64,000 bases of DNA, from the NCBI GenBank assembly GCA_015494465.1, contig WGBD01000002.1, forward strand, positions 3,683 through 67,682. The letters are read 5' to 3'. Both the position numbers and the translations under genes were made by a program. How positions within the stretch are numbered: the stretch's first letter is position 1; every line of letters starts with the position of its first letter. The DNA comes from Candidatus Omnitrophota bacterium. Lineage in GTDB: Bacteria; Omnitrophota; Gorgyraeia; S143-82. Of the stretch, positions 9,313 through 19,725 are shown in pieces. The notes under the pieces are model-generated. The model ran no database searches. It was given only the letters and a program-made list of their open reading frames with translations, and was not told where the DNA came from.

Positions 9313-11253
9313 TCAGAGTTTAAATCTATCCACCTGTGCCTTGATCTCGTTCACAACATCTGCCAGATCCTCCACCACCTTCCTGGACTGAGAAGTTATC
9401 TCCGACACCTTACTGGAAAGGAGGGTTATGCCCTCTATGCTCTGGGTTATCTCCTCGGTGGCCCGGCTCTGTTCCCGGGTGGCATTGGCAATCTGGCCTA
9501 TCATCGCGCTAACCGTCTCGGCAGAGGTCTTTATCTCCTCAAGTGCCTGTCCGGATGCACTTGCCAGCTCCCTGCCCCGCTCTACCTCCTGCTTGCTCTG
9601 CTCCATAGACTCCACCGCAAAGTGGGTCTCCTCCTGAATCGTCTTTATGGTATCCGCCACCTCTTTGGTGGCCTGAGAGGTCCTCTCCGCGAGTTTCCTT
9701 ACCTCATCCGCGACCACTGCAAATCCCCGCCCCTGCTCCCCTGCCCGGGCCGCCTCTATAGCGGCGTTCAGGGCGAGGAGGTTGGTCTGATCCGCAATGT
9801 CGTTTATCACCCCGATTATCTCGCTTATCTGGGCACTCTTTTCTCCCAGACTATTGATGGCATCTGCCGCCTTGTCAACCACCTCGGCGATGCGGTTCAT
9901 CCCGTCCACGGTCTTGTTCACCACTTCCGCCCCCGCCACCGCTTTTTCTGATGCCTCACTGGAGTACTGCACCGCAGATTCCGCGTTGTTGGCGATCTCG
10001 GCAACCGTGGAGTTCATCTCCTCAACCGCAGTGGCAACCCGGTTTATGTGGTCGTTCTGCTCACTGGAACTGCGGTCCACTTCGGCCATCTGGGAGACCA
10101 ACTCACCCATACGAGCGAGAAGCGACTCTACGCTCTGCTTAATCTGGCTTATCATCGCATGCTGCTTGTCTATGAATTGATTGAAGCCCTTGGCGAGTTG
10201 ACCTATCTCGTCGTCGGACTGGACATCTATTTTTTTGGTGAGATCACCTTCTCCACTGGCCACTTCCTCAATCATCTTGGTAATCTTGACCACAGGGTAA
10301 AGCGAGTGGTTGATGTACCAGAGGGAGACGACGGACATTATTATCAACAAGACAAGGGATATCGCCACGGTCTTCAATATCACCATCCTCATCGTCTGTT
10401 TCAGGGCCGAGGGCTTGACCTGAACGAAGGCAAACCTGACCTTACCGGAGAAGTCCTTCATGGGTATAAAGGTAATCATCTTCGTCCCGGTCTCATCAAA
10501 CCTGGACGAGACCTTCCCGGACTTCAGGCCCTTCAACACATCATCGGAAAGATTGGCTTTTACCAGGTCAACAGCGGCCTGTGAGGTCTCTGCGAGGACT
10601 TTTGGGCTGTCCAGTAGGGTCAAGCTGCCGTCCTTTTCTAATCGCACAAACGACAACAGGGCCCAATCGCCACCTAAACTATCCTTAAAGTCCCTAAGCA
10701 TCTCATCGCCCACCTTAAGTCCCAGCTCCACCGAACCCGCGTGCCTACCTATGTAGAACACTGGGAAGACGATACGATATCCCAGACCCGCCCGTCCAAT
10801 CTCAAAACCCATCACCGGTTTGCGAGTCGTATTACAGGTCAAGACGGTCTTGCGGAACTTGGAGAGGTCGTCACCGTACTTGCGTAGTTTGTGAAGGCGC
10901 AAAAAAGACCTGGCCGGTGGTGTGTGGAACTGGAACTGGGCTACCCCCTCTTTTTTGAGGTATTCCCACAGCCCAGCAGATAAAAATGCTAATCGTTCCC
11001 GCTGGCGAAGATAAAAGGCCTCCTGTATCTCGGCATTCGACACTATGGAATACAGAGCAAGAGCCCCTACTCGTTTGAGCGAATCGAATTTATTTTCTAC
11101 GGAGCGCTGGGCAATCTCCTTGTCGGCCTGTAACTCACGGAGTTTTTCCTTATAGACATCCCGAAAGTAAACGACCCCGTAGACTATCTGGCCAAGTATC
11201 AGGACCGCAAGGATCCGGAGAAATATCTTTACCGATAGACGCCCCTTTGCCAT
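9313..11253 (-). CDS. methyl-accepting chemotaxis protein with periplasmic Cache domain and HAMP
   Basis: 2 TM; SFLRLH..KYGDDLS (dCache_3-like); GDLT..DEIG HAMP; [38 protein letters not shown]. Confidence 0.95.
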   Translation of the reverse strand: MAKGRLSVKIFLRILAVLILGQIVYGVVYFRDVYKEKLRELQADKEIAQRSVENKFDSLKRVGALALYSIVSNAEIQEAFYLRQRERLAFLSAGLWEYLKKEGVAQFQFHTPPARSFLRLHKLRKYGDDLSKFRKTVLTCNTTRKPVMGFEIGRAGLGYRIVFPVFYIGRHAGSVELGLKVGDEMLRDFKDSLGGDWALLSFVRLEKDGSLTLLDSPKVLAETSQAAVDLVKANLSDDVLKGLKSGKVSSRFDETGTKMITFIPMKDFSGKVRFAFVQVKPSALKQTMRMVILKTVAISLVLLIIMSVVSLWYINHSLYPVVKITKMIEEVASGEGDLTKKIDVQSDDEIGQLAKGFNQFIDKQHAMISQIKQSVESLLARMGELVSQMAEVDRSSSEQNDHINRVATAVEEMNSTVAEIANNAESAVQYSSEASEKAVAGAEVVNKTVDGMNRIAEVVDKAADAINSLGEKSAQISEIIGVINDIADQTNLLALNAAIEAARAGEQGRGFAVVADEVRKLAERTSQATKEVADTIKTIQEETHFAVESMEQSKQEVERGRELASASGQALEEIKTSAETVSAMIGQIANATREQSRATEEITQSIEGITLLSSKVSEITSQSRKVVEDLADVVNEIKAQVDRFKL

Positions 11254-11289
11254 CTCCCCCCTCCAATTTTTGGCGTTTAGGCCCTCAAC

Positions 11290-11757
11290 CTAAAACGGTG
11301 GAGACCACTTGCCACCCTTTCCCGGTTGCCACCTGACAGTGCCACCTACATAAAGGACATTGCCTCCCCTACCCCCGTGATTCTCCGGCCTATCGCAGAC
11401 TATCGGGGTAGTAGAAGGCGCCGATTCCGTAAGCCCTGAATTATACAGGTAATCCCCCTGATCTGCGTTGGTTATAGAGGTCTTTCCCGAACTGGGACAG
11501 ATGAAGACATTTATGTCGTCTATGTAGCCCTCGTCCACCAGTGCCTGAAGGTTGGGAGGGAAGTGCTCGTTGTGGTCGGCGGCGTACATGTGCAGGGCAG
11601 CGCTTATCTGTTTGAGGTTGTTGACGCACTTGGCCCGCCTGCCCTGCTCCCTCGCCCCCCGAAGGGCAGGAAAGAGCATCGCCGCCAAGAGCAGGATTAT
11701 CCCGATTACTACCAGAAGTTCTATAAGAGTAAAGCCACTTCGCCCCGAAGTGCGCAT
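11290..11757 (-). CDS. prepilin-type N-terminal cleavage/methylation protein (DUF1559 / H-X9-DG type)
   Basis: [48 protein letters not shown]; ATG at 11757 has a GGAGGAGG RBS. Confidence 0.85.
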   Translation of the reverse strand: MRTSGRSGFTLIELLVVIGIILLLAAMLFPALRGAREQGRRAKCVNNLKQISAALHMYAADHNEHFPPNLQALVDEGYIDDINVFICPSSGKTSITNADQGDYLYNSGLTESAPSTTPIVCDRPENHGGRGGNVLYVGGTVRWQPGKGGKWSPPF

Positions 11758-11809
11758 CCCCTCCTCCGGTTGGAGAATAGTATACCATAAACGCCATCTC
11801 AAAATAAGA

Positions 11810-12439
11810 CTAAAAAATCCGCCCCAAGACAGACCGGCCCATTACTATGTAGTCCGCCCCTGCCCTCTGGGCGTCCTGGGGGGTGGCCACCCTGCGTTGA
11901 TCACCGGTCTCATCGCCCGCCAGTCTTATCCCCGGGCAGACGGTTATGAAATCGCTGCCACAGGCGCCTTTCACCGCCTCCACCTCCCAAACCGAACACA
12001 CCACCCCGTCCAGGCCGACCGACCTAGCGACCTCCGCCATCGCAACCACCTGCGAGACATCTGATTCCTGACTGGTCAGCCGGGTAACCCCCACGCAGAT
12101 GGGCCTAGGTCTCGCCTCGTCCAACGCCCGTCTCACCGCTCTTAAGGACTCCTCTCCGGCAGAGATGTGCACATTCACCATATCTGCCCCCAATCGGACC
12201 GAACTCAACACCGCATGGTACATCGTATTCGGTATGTCGTGGAACTTGAGGTCCAGGAAGACCTTCTTTCCCCGCGACTTTAGATAGTGCACCACCTCAG
12301 GGCCGGCCTGTAGGAAGAGACGATAGCCCACCTTATACCAGACCTGTCCCTCCCCCAAACGCTCCAAGACCTTATCGACCCGCTCCCTATCCACATCCAA
12401 GGCGACGATTAACTCAGGCCTCTTTTTACCCCCCATCAC
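11810..12439 (-). CDS. pyrF: orotidine-5'-phosphate decarboxylase
   Basis: [29 protein letters not shown]. Confidence 0.95.
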   Translation of the reverse strand: MMGGKKRPELIVALDVDRERVDKVLERLGEGQVWYKVGYRLFLQAGPEVVHYLKSRGKKVFLDLKFHDIPNTMYHAVLSSVRLGADMVNVHISAGEESLRAVRRALDEARPRPICVGVTRLTSQESDVSQVVAMAEVARSVGLDGVVCSVWEVEAVKGACGSDFITVCPGIRLAGDETGDQRRVATPQDAQRAGADYIVMGRSVLGRIF

Positions 12440-13085
12440 TTCCCTCCACGCCTATCTTAGGGCACACATCCCTGAACTCACATCCTTCACAGTCCGGCCT
12501 TCTGGCCTTGCACCTCCTCCTCCCGTGGAGGATTAGGCCGTTGGACATCGTCGTCCAACTGTCTTTCGGCCAGACTTCCATCAGATCGTACTCTATCTTA
12601 GTAGGATCAGTATGCTCTGTAAACCCGAGCCTGCGGCTCAACCTCCTCACATGGGTATCCACGGTAATCGTATCCTGCCCGTAGAGATTGGCCAAGAGGA
12701 CATTTGCGCTCTTTCTGCCTATGCCCGGCAGGGTCACAAGGTCGTCCATATTATCGGGGATCCGTCCTCCAAAACGCTCTACTATCCCCCTACAGCAGGC
12801 AATTATGTTCCTCGCCTTGGCCCGGTAGAGACCTATCTCTCGGATGTAGGGTATCAGGTCCTCCTCCCGTGCGCCAGCCATTGCCTCGATACTCGGAAAA
12901 CGGGAAAAGAGATTTGGCGTGATCTCATTAACCTTCTTATCGGTGGATTGGGCAGAGAGTATAACCGCAACTAGGAGTTGGTAGGGATTCGCGTAGACCA
13001 GTTCTATCCCCGGATCGCCGTAGACCGCCTTTATCCTCCTGAGAACCTCCCGAGCCCGGGCCCTTCTTCCGTTCAGGCTATCCAC
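12426..13085 (-). CDS. nth: endonuclease III
   Basis: LSAQSTD, LPGIGRKSAN HhH, VDTHV, C-terminal C-X6-C-X2-C-X5-C. Confidence 0.95.
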   Translation of the reverse strand: MDSLNGRRARAREVLRRIKAVYGDPGIELVYANPYQLLVAVILSAQSTDKKVNEITPNLFSRFPSIEAMAGAREEDLIPYIREIGLYRAKARNIIACCRGIVERFGGRIPDNMDDLVTLPGIGRKSANVLLANLYGQDTITVDTHVRRLSRRLGFTEHTDPTKIEYDLMEVWPKDSWTTMSNGLILHGRRRCKARRPDCEGCEFRDVCPKIGVEGSDGG

Positions 13086-13734
13086 TTAACAATTCCTCCT
13101 TTATGGCGGATATGAGGCGCAACCGTCCCCCCTCTGGCAGGGGCAGATTGGTCAGGAACTCATCGTGCGAACGCCCTTTTCTATACTCAGGAACACGATC
13201 CGGTATGGGGAGCAGGCTTTCTATCAGGGATATGTCAAAGCCGTACAACATCGTCCCGTGGACATAAAAGCGATCTCTAAGCCTGCGCTGGGCATTTCCG
13301 GAGAACTTCCTGTCCCCGAGACACAGATCGGACACGCCCCTGCGCGCAACCTCTATCCCCGTTACCTTTTCTATCGCCGAGGATATCCTTTCCAATACCC
13401 AGGCAAATGTCTCCTCAATCCCCCTCTTCCCGGGCCCTGCCCAGTCCACATAGGTATAATTAAGGCATCCCGGCCCCTGCAGGACCGTCCCCCCGCCCGA
13501 ACGCCGACGCAATATCGGGATCCCTAGCCTTCGTGCGGTCTCCTCAGACACATCACTCATCGGTCTGCCCCTGCCCAAAACGACGAAGTATTCCCTACTC
13601 TCCCAGAACCGCAACACGGGGAACCTATGGCCCAACTCCAACAGATCCTCGTCCAACTGCAGGCACAGATGAGGCGGAAGGGCCAAATCGTCTAAGACAA
13701 CAAGACCCATCTCCTGCCCTTCTCTATCCTCCAC
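13078..13734 (-). CDS. lipoate-protein ligase A family (catalytic domain only)
   Basis: RRRSGGGTV, RKFSGNAQ, HGTMLY. Confidence 0.85.
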   Translation of the reverse strand: MEDREGQEMGLVVLDDLALPPHLCLQLDEDLLELGHRFPVLRFWESREYFVVLGRGRPMSDVSEETARRLGIPILRRRSGGGTVLQGPGCLNYTYVDWAGPGKRGIEETFAWVLERISSAIEKVTGIEVARRGVSDLCLGDRKFSGNAQRRLRDRFYVHGTMLYGFDISLIESLLPIPDRVPEYRKGRSHDEFLTNLPLPEGGRLRLISAIKEELLSG

Positions 13735-14330
13735 TTGCGGGTAAGGACCAGGTTGACTGCCTCGGGATAGAGTCTGTGTTCCAGTCGGTGGATCCTCTCC
13801 TCCAGTGAGGCGAGGTCCTCGCCCTCCCGTATCTTCACACAGCCCTGCAGGACGATAGGGCCGTGGTCCACTTCCTCGTCTACGAAGTGTATCGTCACGC
13901 CCGTGACCTTCACCCCGTATTCGAAGGCGTCCTTTATACCCGAACGCCCCTTAAACGCGGGCAATAAAGAGGGGTGGATGTTGAGTATCCTGTGCCTATA
14001 GCGACGCACGAATACGGGCGAGAGTATGCGCATAAAACCCGCCAGTAGTATCCAATCCACCTTCCACAGGCGCAGTTCCTTTAATAGGGCCCTTTCGTAC
14101 TCCTCCTTGGAGGCAAAGGCGGAGGGATCCACGAACAACACCGGCACCCCCAGGCGTTTGGCCCGCTCTATGGCAAAGGCATTCGGATTATCGGTGACCA
14201 TAACCGTTATCCTCCCCGGGAACCTGCCCCTGCGATTGGCCCTTACCAAGGCCTCAAAGTTGGAACCGTTCCCGGAGCAAAAGACCGCAATCGAGGGCCT
14301 TATAGGTCCAGTACCACCTCTGCTTCCCAC
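13692..14330 (-). CDS. purN: phosphoribosylglycinamide formyltransferase
   Basis: SGNGSNF, LAGFMRIL, NIHPSLLP, VDHGPI. Confidence 0.96.
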   Translation of the reverse strand: MGSRGGTGPIRPSIAVFCSGNGSNFEALVRANRRGRFPGRITVMVTDNPNAFAIERAKRLGVPVLFVDPSAFASKEEYERALLKELRLWKVDWILLAGFMRILSPVFVRRYRHRILNIHPSLLPAFKGRSGIKDAFEYGVKVTGVTIHFVDEEVDHGPIVLQGCVKIREGEDLASLEERIHRLEHRLYPEAVNLVLTRKWRIEKGRRWVLLS

Positions 14331-14815
14331 GCCTCCTCCCTTCTCTCGAATCGCAAGCGGTGATAGGTAATGGCCTTCACCTCCCGCACATCCTCAAGTT
14401 TTTCCTGCTCCAACCTCACGAATTCCAATTCTGCAGTTATGGAATCATCCCTTACCGTCAACTGCTTGACCCCAATCGGGACGATTAATTCCTCTTCGAA
14501 TAAATACAGCAGTTCCTCGAGGAGGTCGTGCAGGGATAGACTCAGATCTGGCCCAGAAATCTTTACCCGCCTCGTGAACCGTTCCTCAGGACCTGCCTGC
14601 AGGAAGGCATTTGGGTACTTTTCGCCAAGTATTGCCAGGAACAAGGCGTAGATTGCCTGGGAGACCACCTCTTCCGGGGTATCTCCCCAGACGATAAAAC
14701 CAAGATCTGCGGTATGCTGTATAAACCTGAGCCGCCTGGGACTCGAACCCAGGACACCCGGCTTAAAAGGCCGGTGCTCTACCTGCTGAGCTAGCGGCTC
14801 GTTAGGCTTCTTCAC
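14300..14815 (-). CDS. archease (start uncertain; frame runs through tRNA-Lys)
   Basis: RFIQHTAD N-terminal motif and VKAITYH...VVLDL C-terminal motif. Confidence 0.85.
   Translation of the reverse strand: MKKPNEPLAQQVEHRPFKPGVLGSSPRRLRFIQHTADLGFIVWGDTPEEVVSQAIYALFLAILGEKYPNAFLQAGPEERFTRRVKISGPDLSLSLHDLLEELLYLFEEELIVPIGVKQLTVRDDSITAELEFVRLEQEKLEDVREVKAITYHRLRFERREEAWEAEVVLDL
14728..14800 (-). tRNA. tRNA-Lys (UUU), CCA not encoded
   Basis: GAGCCGC TAGCTCAGCAGGTAGAGC A CCGGC CTTTTAA GCCGG GTGTC CTGGG TTCGAGT CCCAG GCGGCTC A; full cloverleaf. Confidence 0.95.
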
Positions 14816-15293
14816 CCTTTTTCTCGGAGTCCGGACAGAGTTTGCCCTCCGCCCGCAGCCTCTCTAGTTTATCACACATGTGGTTTATCCACGCAGCGAC
14901 ATCGTGGAATTCGTCAGCCTTGCGCAGGTTGATCCTCAAAGAGAAGTTGCCGTTGCCTATCTCTTCCAGCATCCTGCGGATTCTGACCCAGGGCCCCACT
15001 ATCTTGTGGGTCATGTAAAGACCCTCCCAGTAGATAAACACCGCTGCGGTAATGATCTGGACCACCATTGTAAGGAAAATCGCCAAGGCAAGCAAGCGAA
15101 ATTCGTCTATGTAGGTGGTGAGACCCCGCTTTATGAATATCAGGGTGGTGAACAAGAAGGCGAAGACTCCACCTAAAACGATCATACCCACTGTGAACCA
15201 GAACACCTTTGCGACATACTTGAGCTGAAACTCCTTGTCCACCAAGATGTTTCTACGCTTTTTTGCACCCAGGAACGGAAACAGCAGAGACAT
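14802..15293 (-). CDS. two-TM membrane protein with C-terminal HAMP-like domain
   Basis: RRNILVDKEFQ N-terminus, 2 TM helices, THKIVGP...GNFSLRINLRKADEF. Confidence 0.7.
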   Translation of the reverse strand: MSLLFPFLGAKKRRNILVDKEFQLKYVAKVFWFTVGMIVLGGVFAFLFTTLIFIKRGLTTYIDEFRLLALAIFLTMVVQIITAAVFIYWEGLYMTHKIVGPWVRIRRMLEEIGNGNFSLRINLRKADEFHDVAAWINHMCDKLERLRAEGKLCPDSEKKGEEA

Positions 15294-15326
15294 GTCCTTA
15301 CCCCCCTTCTTAAACGGGATGGACGG

Positions 15327-15902
15327 TTAAACTACCTTTAACTCCTTTTCCTTCTCTTTCAGTATCTCCTCTACCTTCTCCACGAATTCGTCGACCAGCT
15401 TCTGTAACTTCTCCTTGGCGTCGAAGGCCTCGTCCTCGCTGATTGCCTTGTTTTTCTCCAGCTTCTCTATGGCCTCTTTTGCCTCCCTGCGTATGGTCCG
15501 TATGGATATCCGGGCGTGCTCCGCTTCTTGCTTGACTATCTTGTCCAGCTCCTTTCTTCGCTCCTCGGAGAGCGGGGGTAAGACCACGCGGATGACCTTT
15601 CCGTCGTCAGTAGGTGTGACTCCCAACTTGGAATTGGCTAAGGCCTTCTCTATGTCGTGTATGGTGTTCGGATCCCACGGCTGGATGACTATAAGGTGGG
15701 CATCGGGGATGCTCACCGAGGCAATCTGTTTCAAGGGCAGGACCTGTCCGTAACAGTGGACCCTGATCTCTTCCACCAGCGAGGCAGAGGCCTTTCCAGT
15801 CCTTATCTCTGCCAATTCCTTCTGGTATATCTCTATGGCCTTCTCCATGTGCTCCCTCGCCCACTTCATTATGTCCTTCACCGAACCGAAATCGTGAGCC
15901 AT
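15327..15902 (-). CDS. frr: ribosome recycling factor
   Basis: IRTGKAS, IQPWD, PPLSEERRKEL, IRTIRR. Confidence 0.96.
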   Translation of the reverse strand: MAHDFGSVKDIMKWAREHMEKAIEIYQKELAEIRTGKASASLVEEIRVHCYGQVLPLKQIASVSIPDAHLIVIQPWDPNTIHDIEKALANSKLGVTPTDDGKVIRVVLPPLSEERRKELDKIVKQEAEHARISIRTIRREAKEAIEKLEKNKAISEDEAFDAKEKLQKLVDEFVEKVEEILKEKEKELKVV

Positions 15903-15923
15903 ACCTCCCCTCCTTGATGGATC

Positions 15924-16640
15924 TTATTCGTGAATGAAGGTTCCGACCTCTTCTCCCTGGACCACGCGCTTTATGTTCCCTCTCTTGTGGAGGTCCAATA
16001 CCACGATTGGGATGTGGTTCTCCATACACATTGTTATAGCAGTTATGTCCATGACTTGCAATCTCTGTTTGATCACATCTAGGTAGGAGAGCTTCTTGTA
16101 GCGGACGGCGGTGGGATCCTTCCGGGGATCCGCGGAATAGACCCCGTCGACCTTCGTCGCCTTCACCACCAACTCCGCGTGGATCTCCGCAGCCCTCAGG
16201 GAGGCAGCGGTATCAGTGGTAAAGTAGGGGTTCCCCGTACCCGCCACGAATATGACGATCCTGCCCTTTTCAAGGTGCCGTATTGCCCTGCGCCTGATGT
16301 AGGGCTCTGCTACCTGCTTGATCTCAAGGGCACTCATCACCCGGGTGGGCACGCCGAGTTTTTCCAGGGCGTTCTGGATAGCTAGACCGTTTATGACGGT
16401 GGCAAGCATCCCCATGTAGTCGGCCACTGCCCTGTCCAGGCCAAAGACCGCGAACTTCTCCCCACCCCGAAAGATGTTCCCCCCACCTACGACCACCGCA
16501 ACCTGACAGCCGATTTCCCAGACGGACTTTATCTCCGAGCAGACATAGGAGAGGGTATCCAAAGATATACCGGAGGGCTCCTCCCCTTGAAGGGCCTCTC
16601 CGCTCATCTTTATGACTATTCGGTTGTACTTAACCGGCAT
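15924..16640 (-). CDS. pyrH: UMP kinase
   Basis: [25 protein letters not shown]. Confidence 0.97.
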   Translation of the reverse strand: MPVKYNRIVIKMSGEALQGEEPSGISLDTLSYVCSEIKSVWEIGCQVAVVVGGGNIFRGGEKFAVFGLDRAVADYMGMLATVINGLAIQNALEKLGVPTRVMSALEIKQVAEPYIRRRAIRHLEKGRIVIFVAGTGNPYFTTDTAASLRAAEIHAELVVKATKVDGVYSADPRKDPTAVRYKKLSYLDVIKQRLQVMDITAITMCMENHIPIVVLDLHKRGNIKRVVQGEEVGTFIHE

Positions 16641-16663
16641 AGAGCCTACGGGGCTTCTTAGGA

Positions 16664-17197
16664 CTAGGCCCCGACCTCGAATCGGACGAATCGTTTCAGT
16701 ACTATGTTCTCTCCGGTCTTGGCAACGAGTTCGGTAATGTAATCCTTTATAGTCTTGCTCTCGTCCTTTATAAACGGCTGGGACAGGAGAACCTTCTCCT
16801 TCAAGAACTCATCCTTGTCCTCTGCTTCTGCCAATAGATCTGCGGGGACATCCTCCTCAGAAAGGTACTCTGGGGCCATCGCTGCGATGTGCATCGCGAT
16901 GTCTTTACAGGCCTGCTTAAACAGGTCGTTGTTGGCCACGAAGTCGGTCTCGCAGTCCAATTCCACCAATACCCCGATCTTGCCGCCCATGTGTATGTAG
17001 GCCTCTATTCGCCCCTGGCCGGTGGCCCGAGAGGCCTTCTTCTCCGCAATAGCGATCCCCCTTTTCTTCAAGATCTCTATCGCCTTCTTCATGTCCCCCT
17101 CTGCCTCTTCCAAGGCCTTTTTACACTCGATCACACCGGCAGAGGTCATCTCGCGAAGTTCCTTTATCTTGTCAGCGCTGATCTGTGCCATAATCAC
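16664..17197 (-). CDS. tsf: elongation factor Ts (short form)
   Basis: [36 protein letters not shown]; rpsB-tsf-pyrH-frr order. Confidence 0.95.
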   Translation of the reverse strand: MIMAQISADKIKELREMTSAGVIECKKALEEAEGDMKKAIEILKKRGIAIAEKKASRATGQGRIEAYIHMGGKIGVLVELDCETDFVANNDLFKQACKDIAMHIAAMAPEYLSEEDVPADLLAEAEDKDEFLKEKVLLSQPFIKDESKTIKDYITELVAKTGENIVLKRFVRFEVGA

Positions 17198-18054
17198 CCC
17201 TCTCCTCTTTCCTTCGTCTTCTCAACCACAGGTTCCTCTTCTAATTCCTCAACCCCTTTTGTCTCCTCCGCTATCTTCTCCGCCTCTTCCTTCAGTTTCC
17301 GCATCTCTTCCTCTTGCTGCTCTGAAGAGGCCGATTCAGACCCCTCCTCCGACTGTACCTCCGCAGTGGTGAGGGTCACCTTGGCCGGTTCTACCACCGA
17401 AAGGAGTTCCTCCAAAAGGAAGCGTATCGACCTGAAGGCATCGTCGTTGCCCGGGATAGGATAGTCCACATCCTCGGGATTACAATTCGTATCCACGATA
17501 CCTATCGTCGGTATCCCCAGCCTCTTGGTCTCACGAACGGCGTTCTTTTCGTGCTCAGTGTCGACGATAATAACCACATCCGGGAGTTTTGCCATCTCCT
17601 TGATACCGGCAAAGTTCTTTATCTTTTTGTTGTACATCCGGGTCAGACGAGACCTCTCCTTTTTCCTCAACCGCTCCGAGCCCTCTCCAAACAGGCGTTC
17701 TTCTAGCTCCTTCATCTTCTCTATACTCCTGCGCACCGTGGCAAAGTTGGTGAGAGTCCCACCAAGCCAGCGGTGATTCACATAGAATACGCCGTGCTTG
17801 TTTGCCAACTCACCCACTATGTCCCGGGCGTGTTTCTTGGTCCCTACCAATAATATCGTGGCCCGCTTGGCGACCATAGAGGAAAGGAAGTTCTTTGCCT
17901 CCTCCAACTGGGCAACCGTCTTCTCAAGATCTATTATGTATATGTTCTTCCTCCGACCAAAGATAAAGCGCTTCATCTTGGGATTCCACTTCTTGGTCTG
18001 GTGCCCGAAGTGGACGCCCGCTGCCAGCATTTTCTTTATTATTTCACTCGCCAA
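17194..18054 (-). CDS. rpsB: 30S ribosomal protein S2
   Basis: AGVHFGH, WNPKM, RWLGGTLTN, DTNC, PGNDD; acidic tail. Confidence 0.97.
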   Translation of the reverse strand: MASEIIKKMLAAGVHFGHQTKKWNPKMKRFIFGRRKNIYIIDLEKTVAQLEEAKNFLSSMVAKRATILLVGTKKHARDIVGELANKHGVFYVNHRWLGGTLTNFATVRRSIEKMKELEERLFGEGSERLRKKERSRLTRMYNKKIKNFAGIKEMAKLPDVVIIVDTEHEKNAVRETKRLGIPTIGIVDTNCNPEDVDYPIPGNDDAFRSIRFLLEELLSVVEPAKVTLTTAEVQSEEGSESASSEQQEEEMRKLKEEAEKIAEETKGVEELEEEPVVEKTKERGEG

Positions 18055-18133
18055 CTCCTTACCTCCTGTGGTTTAGACCTATCTCGTAATACCTCGCCTA
18101 CCCAATCCGTAACCGAAACATTTGAAGTTTGCA

Positions 18134-19231
18134 TTATATCACAAATTTATCCAGACTGGAATCCATAATAGCCTCGCGAATGCGCCTCATCAGATTGGAG
18201 TAAAAATATAAGTTGTGAAGCGTCAACAACCTTATACCTAGGACCTCGCCTGCAGTGAAGAGATGGCGCAGATAGGCCCTGCTGAATCCCCCTTTACAGG
18301 CAGGGCAATTGCAGGCAGGATCCAGTACTGCTTCGTCGGTCCTGTGCCTGCTGTGGCGGATGTTGAGCTTGCCCTGACTGGTAAACACCACGCCCGTCCT
18401 CCCGTAGCGGGTGGGTATCACGCAATCAAACATGTCCACGCCCAGTCTGACCGCATTCACTATGTCCTGGGGAGTCCCCACCCCCATAAGGTACCTTGGC
18501 CTGTCCTCGGGAAGGAGCTCGGTACACACCTGAGTCATCTCCCAGCGCACATCCTCCGGCTCCCCTACGCTGAGCCCCCCTATTGCGTACCCCGGCAGAT
18601 CCCATTGTATGGCCCTTTCCACCGCCTCCTTCCTGAGATCGGGATAGTGGGCCCCCTGGACTATGCCAAAGAGCATCTGCCCTCTATCCTCACCACGCCT
18701 TTCTCTCCACCTCCTCACCGTCCTTGCTAACCAGAGATTCGTCAGGGCCAAGGAATCCCGTGCCTGCTTTTTGCCTACCGGATAGGTAAGGCACTCGTCC
18801 AACGGCATGATGATGTCCGAACGGATTCCTTCCAACTGGAAGTCCAGCACCGCCTCGGGCGAGAGGAATATCGGCGATCCGTCTATGTGGGAAGAGAATT
18901 CCACCCCCTCTTCCGAGACCCTCCTCAGTTTGGCCAGAGAGAATACCTGATAGCCTCCGCTATCGGTAAGGAGGGCGTAAGGCCAGCGCATAAACTCGTG
19001 CAGGTCTGGTTGTTCGGCAAAGAATTCCCTGCCCGGCCTGAGCATGAGGTGATAGGTGTTGGAAAGGATGAGGCGATACCCCATCTCCTCCAGCTCCCAA
19101 GGGGCAACGGTCTTGACGGTCGCCTGCGTGCCTACAGGCATAAAGACCGGGGTGGGGATCTCCAGACCCCGAATCTTCAACACCCCTACCCTCGCTCGAG
19201 ATGTCTCGTCTTTGGCTATAACCCTAAACAT
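18134..19231 (-). CDS. tgt: tRNA-guanine transglycosylase
   Basis: FMPVGT, NTYHL, TDSGGYQ, LDEC, GGLSVGE, DMFDCVIP, zinc CxCxxC. Confidence 0.96.
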   Translation of the reverse strand: MFRVIAKDETSRARVGVLKIRGLEIPTPVFMPVGTQATVKTVAPWELEEMGYRLILSNTYHLMLRPGREFFAEQPDLHEFMRWPYALLTDSGGYQVFSLAKLRRVSEEGVEFSSHIDGSPIFLSPEAVLDFQLEGIRSDIIMPLDECLTYPVGKKQARDSLALTNLWLARTVRRWRERRGEDRGQMLFGIVQGAHYPDLRKEAVERAIQWDLPGYAIGGLSVGEPEDVRWEMTQVCTELLPEDRPRYLMGVGTPQDIVNAVRLGVDMFDCVIPTRYGRTGVVFTSQGKLNIRHSRHRTDEAVLDPACNCPACKGGFSRAYLRHLFTAGEVLGIRLLTLHNLYFYSNLMRRIREAIMDSSLDKFVI

Positions 19232-19377
19232 ATCAAGAGGTTTTAAGTCGAATTTGCTAACTTGGCGAACCCAGACCGCCCCATAATTTTACCCGACCCC
19301 GCTCCCAAAGTATAGCCCAAATGCGTCGGGGGACAGATTCCTTCTGGAAGATTTTCTCTCACAAGGTAAAATAAGCT

Positions 19378-19725
19378 ATGGACTGTTCGGAAGTGAAGGC
19401 GCTCATACCAGACTACGCCCAAGGGAGACTTGCCCCTGATAAGGCCGAGAAGCTCAAAGAACACCTGAGGCAATGCGACACCTGTAGGACCTACTGGGAA
19501 GACTTCCAACGGAAGGTGCTTCCGTTCTTAGGGGCAAGGGTCTATCCGATCCCTGCTGGGGAAAAGGACCTCATGCGCAGACAGCGGATGGGACAAAGGA
19601 AGAGCAGGAAGTTGGACAAACAACACTGGCTGATCCGCATCCTCCCCAATCTGCTGACTGCGGTATCGCTGCTCCTGATAATAATCGGGTTGGTCATAGC
19701 CCAAAGGCGCCTAACCGGAAGATGA
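19378..19725 (+). CDS. zinc-finger anti-sigma-like membrane protein (zf-HC2)
   Basis: MDC....LIPDY...HLRQCDTC (HxxxCxxC) plus a C-terminal TM helix. Confidence 0.7.
   Translation: MDCSEVKALIPDYAQGRLAPDKAEKLKEHLRQCDTCRTYWEDFQRKVLPFLGARVYPIPAGEKDLMRRQRMGQRKSRKLDKQHWLIRILPNLLTAVSLLLIIIGLVIAQRRLTGR

Noticed and set aside
18134-19231. Queuine-salvage type TGT
   Set aside because: It retains DEC and GGLSVGE, typical of standard preQ1-inserting bacterial TGT
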